A stretch of DNA of 64,000 bases. It comes from Candidatus Latescibacterota bacterium (GTDB lineage: Bacteria; Latescibacterota; UBA2968; UBA8231). Each line of letters begins with the position of its first letter. Position 1 is the first letter of the stretch. Below are positions 58,704-64,000 of this stretch, in pieces. The notes beneath the pieces are model-generated. The model was not told where the DNA came from. It was given only the letters and a program-made list of their open reading frames with translations, and did no database searches. Both the position numbers and the translations under genes were made by a program. The DNA is taken from NCBI GenBank assembly GCA_965197905.1, contig CBDAOB010000004.1, positions 1,664,001 to 1,728,000 of the forward strand. The letters are read 5' to 3'.

Positions 58704-60407
58704 ATGAACGCGTTGGCTCACGATCTTCTAATCGTCGGTGGTGGGGGCGCTGGACTGCGGGCGGCCATCGCCGCCGCCGAAGCGCATCCGGATCTCACGA
58801 TAGGTCTGCTTTCGAAGGTCTACCCGATGCGCAGCCACACGGTTTCGGCCGAAGGCGGGGCCGCCGCCGTTATGCGCGCGGAGGACAGCTTCGATTCCCA
58901 CGCCTTCGATACGATAAAGGGGAGCGACTTTCTCGCTGATCAGGACGCGGTCGAAGCGTTCGTCCAGGAAGCGCCGTCCGAGATTGTCCAGATGGAGCAT
59001 TGGGGGTGTCCCTGGAGCCGAGATTCCGACGGCAAGGTCAGCGTCCGAGCGTTTGGGGGCATGAGTACAATGCGCACCGTGTACGCCGCCGACAAGACCG
59101 GTTTCCACATGTTGCACACGCTCTTTCAGACTTCTCTAAAGTATGAAAGCATAGAGAGATACGATGAGTGGTACGCGACGGCCCTGCTGCTGGACGAAGA
59201 CCAGGTTCAGGGCGTGGCGGCGTTAAACCTGCGTTCCGGCGACCTACACGCGCTGCCGGCCAAAGCAGTGATCCTCTGTACCGGCGGCGGCGGGCGAATT
59301 TTTCCGTTCACGACCAATGCCGCGATCAAGACGGGTGACGGCATGTCGCTGGCCTACCGCGCTGGATGTCCCCTGAAGGATATGGAGTTTGTGCAGTATC
59401 ACCCGACCGGCCTTCCGGGCACCGGCATACTCATGACCGAGGCCTCCCGGGGCGAGGGGGGGTACCTGACCAATAAGGACGGGGAACGCTATCTCGAGCG
59501 TTATCTTCCCGAAAAAATGGAGTTGGGACCCCGTGACATGGTGTCGCGCGCATTCGTACACGAAGAAAGGGCGGGCCGCGTCTACGAGGGCAAGTACGGC
59601 AGCTACATTCACCTCGATCTGCGTCACCTGGGGGAGAAGGTGATCGATGAACGGATCCCTTTCGTCCGAGAACTGGCCAAAAATTACGTTGGCATTGATC
59701 CGGTGCATGAACCGATTCCGGTGCGGCCGGTGGTGCATTACATGATGGGGGGCGTCAGCACCGACATCGATGGAAAAACGCCGGTCGATGGGCTCTACGC
59801 CGCCGGCGAGACCGCCTGCGTCTCCATCAACGGAGCTAACCGACTGGGGTCGAACTCGCTGGCGGAGTGTCTTGTTTTCGGTGCCCGCGCTGGCCTGGCA
59901 GCCGCGCGATACACCATGGAGCAGGAGTTCGGCTCCTCCGGGGTGCTAGATCAACTCGTGCAGTTCGAGGAGCTGGAATTGCGCGAGAAGTTCAACGCCG
60001 AGGGTTCGGAGAGTATCGCCGGCATTCGCACCGAATTGCAGATGGCGATGGAAAAGGGCGCCGGGATCTATCGGCAAGAGACGGAGCTGAAGGCTGCTTG
60101 CGAGCAGGTTGCCACTCTGAGAGAGCGCTACCAGAATCTACGGGTCGAGGACAGCTCGGAGGTCTATAACACCGAGCTGATCTCCGCCATCGAACTGGGC
60201 TGTATGTTGGATGTGGCCGAAGCGGTGGCCAACTCCGCGCACCAACGGCAAGAGTCGAGGGGTTCGCATGCGCGCTCCGACTTCGAGTCCAGGGACGATG
60301 ATCGTTTTCTCACCCACTCACTCGCGTTCAGGACTGAGGACGGACCCCGAATCGAATACGCTCCGGTTACGATTACGCGTTGGCTACCGGAGGAACGGAC
60401 CTATTAA
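58704..60407 (+). CDS. frdA: Fumarate reductase/succinate dehydrogenase flavoprotein
   Basis: [16 protein letters not shown] (covalent-FAD His), [22 protein letters not shown]. Confidence 0.93.
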   Translation: MNALAHDLLIVGGGGAGLRAAIAAAEAHPDLTIGLLSKVYPMRSHTVSAEGGAAAVMRAEDSFDSHAFDTIKGSDFLADQDAVEAFVQEAPSEIVQMEHWGCPWSRDSDGKVSVRAFGGMSTMRTVYAADKTGFHMLHTLFQTSLKYESIERYDEWYATALLLDEDQVQGVAALNLRSGDLHALPAKAVILCTGGGGRIFPFTTNAAIKTGDGMSLAYRAGCPLKDMEFVQYHPTGLPGTGILMTEASRGEGGYLTNKDGERYLERYLPEKMELGPRDMVSRAFVHEERAGRVYEGKYGSYIHLDLRHLGEKVIDERIPFVRELAKNYVGIDPVHEPIPVRPVVHYMMGGVSTDIDGKTPVDGLYAAGETACVSINGANRLGSNSLAECLVFGARAGLAAARYTMEQEFGSSGVLDQLVQFEELELREKFNAEGSESIAGIRTELQMAMEKGAGIYRQETELKAACEQVATLRERYQNLRVEDSSEVYNTELISAIELGCMLDVAEAVANSAHQRQESRGSHARSDFESRDDDRFLTHSLAFRTEDGPRIEYAPVTITRWLPEERTY

Positions 60408-60480
60408 TTTTAACATCGTACACCGCACCTGTGTTCGGGGGTGGTTCGAGGACAACGGCGGACAAGCTAACAGGACCTAG

Positions 60481-61224
60481 ATGAGCGAACAGACGATCGG
60501 ACTGCGAGTCAGCCGGTATAACCCCCAAAAGGACAGCGAACCCAGCGAACAGCGGTACGAGGTGCCGTACCACGACGACTGGGTGGTGCTCGACGCCTTG
60601 AACCACGTGAAGGACCAGATGGACGGCACGCTCTCCTACCGCTGGTCCTGTCGCATGGGGGTGTGCGGAAGCTGCGGAATGATGGTCAACGGGGTGCCCA
60701 AGCTAACCTGCGCGGTCTTTCTGCGCGATTATTACCCCAAGGAGATCCGCATCGAGCCGCTGGCCAACTTTGCCGTCGTCCGTGACCTGGTGATCGAACT
60801 CGACGATTTCGTCGGTCGGTTGCAGGCGGTGAAACCGTGGCTGATTCGCGATGAGGAAACGCCGGTAGAGCAGGGCGAATACCTCCAATCACCCGATGAA
60901 CTGGCGGAATTCAAGCAGTTCAGCATGTGCATAAATTGCGCTCTGTGTTATTCGGCTTGTCCGGTGTTTGGACCGGATTCCGATTTTATCGGGCCGGCGG
61001 CACTGGCGTTGGCCCATCGCTACAACGTGGATTCCCGTGACCACGGCGAAGATCAGCGCAAGGACGTGGTGGCCAGCGAGGAAGGGATCTGGAACTGCAC
61101 CTTTGTCGGCGAGTGTTCCACGGTATGTCCAAAGGATGTGGATCCCGCCGCCGCCATCCAACGAACCAAGGTCGCCACCACGGCGAACTGGTTCAAATCG
61201 GTACTGCCCTGGGGACACCGATGA
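60481..61224 (+). CDS. frdB: Fumarate reductase/succinate dehydrogenase Fe-S subunit
   Basis: [31 protein letters not shown]. Confidence 0.93.
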   Translation: MSEQTIGLRVSRYNPQKDSEPSEQRYEVPYHDDWVVLDALNHVKDQMDGTLSYRWSCRMGVCGSCGMMVNGVPKLTCAVFLRDYYPKEIRIEPLANFAVVRDLVIELDDFVGRLQAVKPWLIRDEETPVEQGEYLQSPDELAEFKQFSMCINCALCYSACPVFGPDSDFIGPAALALAHRYNVDSRDHGEDQRKDVVASEEGIWNCTFVGECSTVCPKDVDPAAAIQRTKVATTANWFKSVLPWGHR

Positions 61225-61649
61225 ATACGCACCGCCGCCGCCGACAGAACGAGGCCGGCTACTACAAATACGATCTCTACAAACCTGAGAAATCCGCCAC
61301 TTGGTGGTTGCGCAACGGCAAATATTTTCTGTATATGATGCGCGAACTGAGCAGCGCCGTGATCGCCATTTTCTTGCTGCTTTACCTTTACGAATTTTTT
61401 CTCCTGAGCAAAGGAGAGACGATATTTAATACCTTTCAGGGATCCCTGAGAAAACCTGCTTTTCTGGTGTTCTATGGGGTGGTTTTTCTCTTTGCACTGT
61501 ATCACTCGGTGACCTGGTTTGCCGTGCTTGGCCGCGTTCAGGTCGTGCGTCTCGGCAAACTTACCGTGCCGCCGTCTTTGGTGACGGCAAGTGCCTTCGC
61601 TGGCTGGGTGGTGGTTAGCGTGGCCTTGGCGTTTTACTTAATCAGGTAG
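61221..61649 (+). CDS. frdC: Fumarate reductase anchor subunit C
   Basis: WW....Y..YMMRE, H..TWF, three TM helices. Confidence 0.85.
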   Translation: MNTHRRRRQNEAGYYKYDLYKPEKSATWWLRNGKYFLYMMRELSSAVIAIFLLLYLYEFFLLSKGETIFNTFQGSLRKPAFLVFYGVVFLFALYHSVTWFAVLGRVQVVRLGKLTVPPSLVTASAFAGWVVVSVALAFYLIR

Positions 61650-61652
61650 CTG

Positions 61653-62012
61653 ATGTACAAGATGGATAAGAAGGAACCGTTTTGGTGGGGCCTGTTCTCG
61701 GCCGGTGGTGTGGTCGCCGCTCTCTTCGTTCCCATTCACGTCTTCGTGGACGGTCTGGCAGTGCCGCTGGGATTCATGGATGAGAGCGCGGTTTCTTTCG
61801 AGCGTATGCGAGATCTTTTGGCACACCCGGCAGCAAGGGTGTACTTCTTTGTGCTGGTGATCCTGCCGCTGTTTCACGCCGCTCATCGCGTCCGTTTCTC
61901 GCTTTACGAGCTCGGGGTGCGCGATTTCCAGATCTCTATGGACCTATTATGTTACGGAGGCGCCGTCGTCGGAGCGGCGCTCTGCGGCTACGTCTTTTTT
62001 CAGTTGCTCTGA
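61653..62012 (+). CDS. frdD: Fumarate reductase anchor subunit D
   Basis: EPFWWGLFSAGG, LPLFHAAHR. Confidence 0.88.
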   Translation: MYKMDKKEPFWWGLFSAGGVVAALFVPIHVFVDGLAVPLGFMDESAVSFERMRDLLAHPAARVYFFVLVILPLFHAAHRVRFSLYELGVRDFQISMDLLCYGGAVVGAALCGYVFFQLL

Positions 62013-62015
62013 GGA

Positions 62016-62519
62016 TTGGCTATGTTCGAGCTCAAAACCATATCGCAAGCAGCCATCCCGCAATCCCTTGAACGCGTGGAGCGCTACCGCCTGCTAAACG
62101 AACCCACCGTCGCCGAGAGCATATGCCTGGACATACTCAAGGTCGATCCGGACAACCAGCAGGCTGTGGTAATGCTCATTCTGGCGTTGACGGATCAGTT
62201 CGTCGAGAATCCAGCTCTCAACGTAGCTCGAGTGCTGGAACTGGTTCCCAAACTCGAGAGCGAGTACCAGCGCACCTATTATTCTGGCATCGTCTACGAA
62301 CGGCAGGGAAAGGCACGACTAAAGCGGGAATATCCCGGTGCCGGCTTCGACGCATATGAGTTGCTGCGCGAAGCGATGCACTGGTTCGAAACGGCGGAGC
62401 CGATCCGCCCGGAGGCCAACGAGGATGCCGTCATCCGCTGGAACAACTGCGCGCGGCTGATTGAGAGCAATGGGCTTACGGCCAGGCCAGAGGACGAGAC
62501 CCAGCTTTCTTCGGAGTAG
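62016..62519 (+). CDS. Hypothetical TPR-like helical protein
   Basis: RYRLLNEP..AESICLDIL.VDPDNQ; directly follows frdD with a GAGGA SD (ATG 62022 possible). Confidence 0.8.
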   Translation: MAMFELKTISQAAIPQSLERVERYRLLNEPTVAESICLDILKVDPDNQQAVVMLILALTDQFVENPALNVARVLELVPKLESEYQRTYYSGIVYERQGKARLKREYPGAGFDAYELLREAMHWFETAEPIRPEANEDAVIRWNNCARLIESNGLTARPEDETQLSSE

Positions 62520-62559
62520 CAAGGGTCCCTGACCTCTGCTACCGTCTCCGTCCACCCAC

Positions 62560-63300
62560 CTACCACACAATCGATTTCAGATATTCGCGGTTCAGAAAAG
62601 CGATGCTGTCCGCGGAAATCTCCTTCGGGCAGACCGCTTCACACTCGTATTCGTTGGTGCAGTGACCAAACCCCTCGGCGTCCATAGTAGCGATCATGGC
62701 CGCCGCCCGGCGGCTGCGTTCGGGCTGCCCCTGAGGCAGCGTGCCCAGGTGTTTGACCTTGGCGCTGACGAACAACATTGCGGCCGAATTCTTGCACGCT
62801 GCGACGCAGGCTCCGCATCCGATACAGGCCGCCGCATCCATCGCCCGTTCCGCCTCTTCTTGGGAGATCAGAATGGCGTTGGCGTCCGGAGACGAGCCGG
62901 TATTTACAGAGACGTATCCGCCGGACTGAATCAGCCGGTCGAAGGCGGAGCGGTCCACCACCAGATCCTTGACTACGGGAAAAGCGGTGGCGCGCCAGGG
63001 TTCGATGTAGATGGTGTCGCCGTCCCGGAAAGACCGCATATAGAGCTGACAGGTAGTTGTTCCAGTGCCGGGCCCGTGGGCAACGCCGTTGATCACCAAT
63101 CCACATGATCCGCAGATGCCCTCGCGGCAGTCGCTGTCGAACGCGATCGGGTCTACACCCTTTCGGTTCTGCTCCTCGTTGACGACATCGAGCATCTCCA
63201 AGAACGACATTTCGGGCTGAATCCGGCCCGCGTCGTAGGTCTCCAGCCGGCCTTTTTCGTGCGGGCCTTTCTGGCGCCAGACCTTCAGCGTCAGGTTCAT
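62560..63300 (-). CDS. sdhB: Second succinate dehydrogenase/fumarate reductase Fe-S subunit
   Basis: [32 protein letters not shown]. Confidence 0.93.
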   Translation of the reverse strand: MNLTLKVWRQKGPHEKGRLETYDAGRIQPEMSFLEMLDVVNEEQNRKGVDPIAFDSDCREGICGSCGLVINGVAHGPGTGTTTCQLYMRSFRDGDTIYIEPWRATAFPVVKDLVVDRSAFDRLIQSGGYVSVNTGSSPDANAILISQEEAERAMDAAACIGCGACVAACKNSAAMLFVSAKVKHLGTLPQGQPERSRRAAAMIATMDAEGFGHCTNEYECEAVCPKEISADSIAFLNREYLKSIVW

Positions 63301-63357
63301 GCCTGCGCGGCGCTTGTTATCCATATGAGCGTTCGACCCTTTCCTCCAGGTGTCGGT

Positions 63358-64000
63358 CTATTTGTAGCTTCGTTGCGTCAGTGCCACGTTTTCGAACACG
63401 AGACGTTCGAGGTTTAAGGCGGGTTCATGGCCCACACCGGTGTGTTCCCACGCCGACACGTGGGTGAAGCGCTCGTCGTCGCGCAGTGCCTCGCCCTCTT
63501 CGGTCTGATACTCCTCGCGGAAATGTCCGCCGCACGACTCCTCGCGGGTCAAGGCGTCGTGAACCATCGTCTCCCCAAACTCTAAGAAATCGGCGACGCG
63601 ACCAGCGCGCTCGAGAACTTGATTGAACTCACCGGGCGTCCCGGTGACCGTCAGATTCTGCCAGAACTCCTCGCGAATGTCGGCTACCTTTTCCCGGGCG
63701 CTGGAAAGGTCGGCAGCGTTGCGTGCCATGCCGCAGTGGTCCCACAACAACAACCCCAGTTCCCGGTGAAAGTCGTCCACGGTGCGGTTGCCCTTCACCG
63801 CCAGCAGCTGGCTGATGCGGTCCTTAGCGGCGTGCTCGGCTTCTTTGAACGCCTCGTGGTCGGTGTTGATCGACGGCATCGATTGGCCGCCGATGTACCC
63901 GCCTACGGTATGCGGGATGACAAAATACCCGTCCGCAAGGCCCTGCATGAGGGCGCTGGCCCCTAGACGATTGGCCCCGTGATCGGAAAAATTGGCTTCA
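63358..64000 (-). CDS. sdhA: Second succinate dehydrogenase/fumarate reductase flavoprotein (C-terminal part; runs off window)
   Basis: [39 protein letters not shown]. Confidence 0.93.
   Translation of the reverse strand, partial: EANFSDHGANRLGASALMQGLADGYFVIPHTVGGYIGGQSMPSINTDHEAFKEAEHAAKDRISQLLAVKGNRTVDDFHRELGLLLWDHCGMARNAADLSSAREKVADIREEFWQNLTVTGTPGEFNQVLERAGRVADFLEFGETMVHDALTREESCGGHFREEYQTEEGEALRDDERFTHVSAWEHTGVGHEPALNLERLVFENVALTQRSYK

Overview
Replication-origin region of a GC-rich bacterial chromosome. A C-terminal 'TAVEATSWAKIK' tail on one secreted protein suggests a Latescibacterota-like lineage (inference). The core is the conserved origin cluster: gyrA-gyrB-dciA-recF-dnaN-[oriC]-dnaA on the - strand, and rpmH-rnpA-yidD-yidC-mnmE-[2 parS]-[IS256]-rsmG on the + strand. 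mnmG, jag and parAB are absent here. Right of it lie pgsA-like, tmk, an S41 protease, rne/rng behind a long structured leader, rplU, rpmA and two convergent succinate dehydrogenase/fumarate reductase operons of different types. Left of it lie three tRNAs, a sugar ABC transporter, sthA, an orphan sigma28-preceded flagellin, a MazEF/PemIK-like toxin-antitoxin pair, two damaged two-component systems, an ABC-2 exporter, amidohydrolases and uvrC. Most interesting: a sigma54-preceded, secreted temptin-like protein with a CxxCH heme motif, convergent with a beta-barrel/blue-copper/hybrid-kinase operon; a small sigma54-preceded orphan gene; a multi-helix rne leader; a 23-aa beta-repeat membrane protein; and a deviant stand-alone GGDEF protein. 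All family calls are by motif recognition, not database search.
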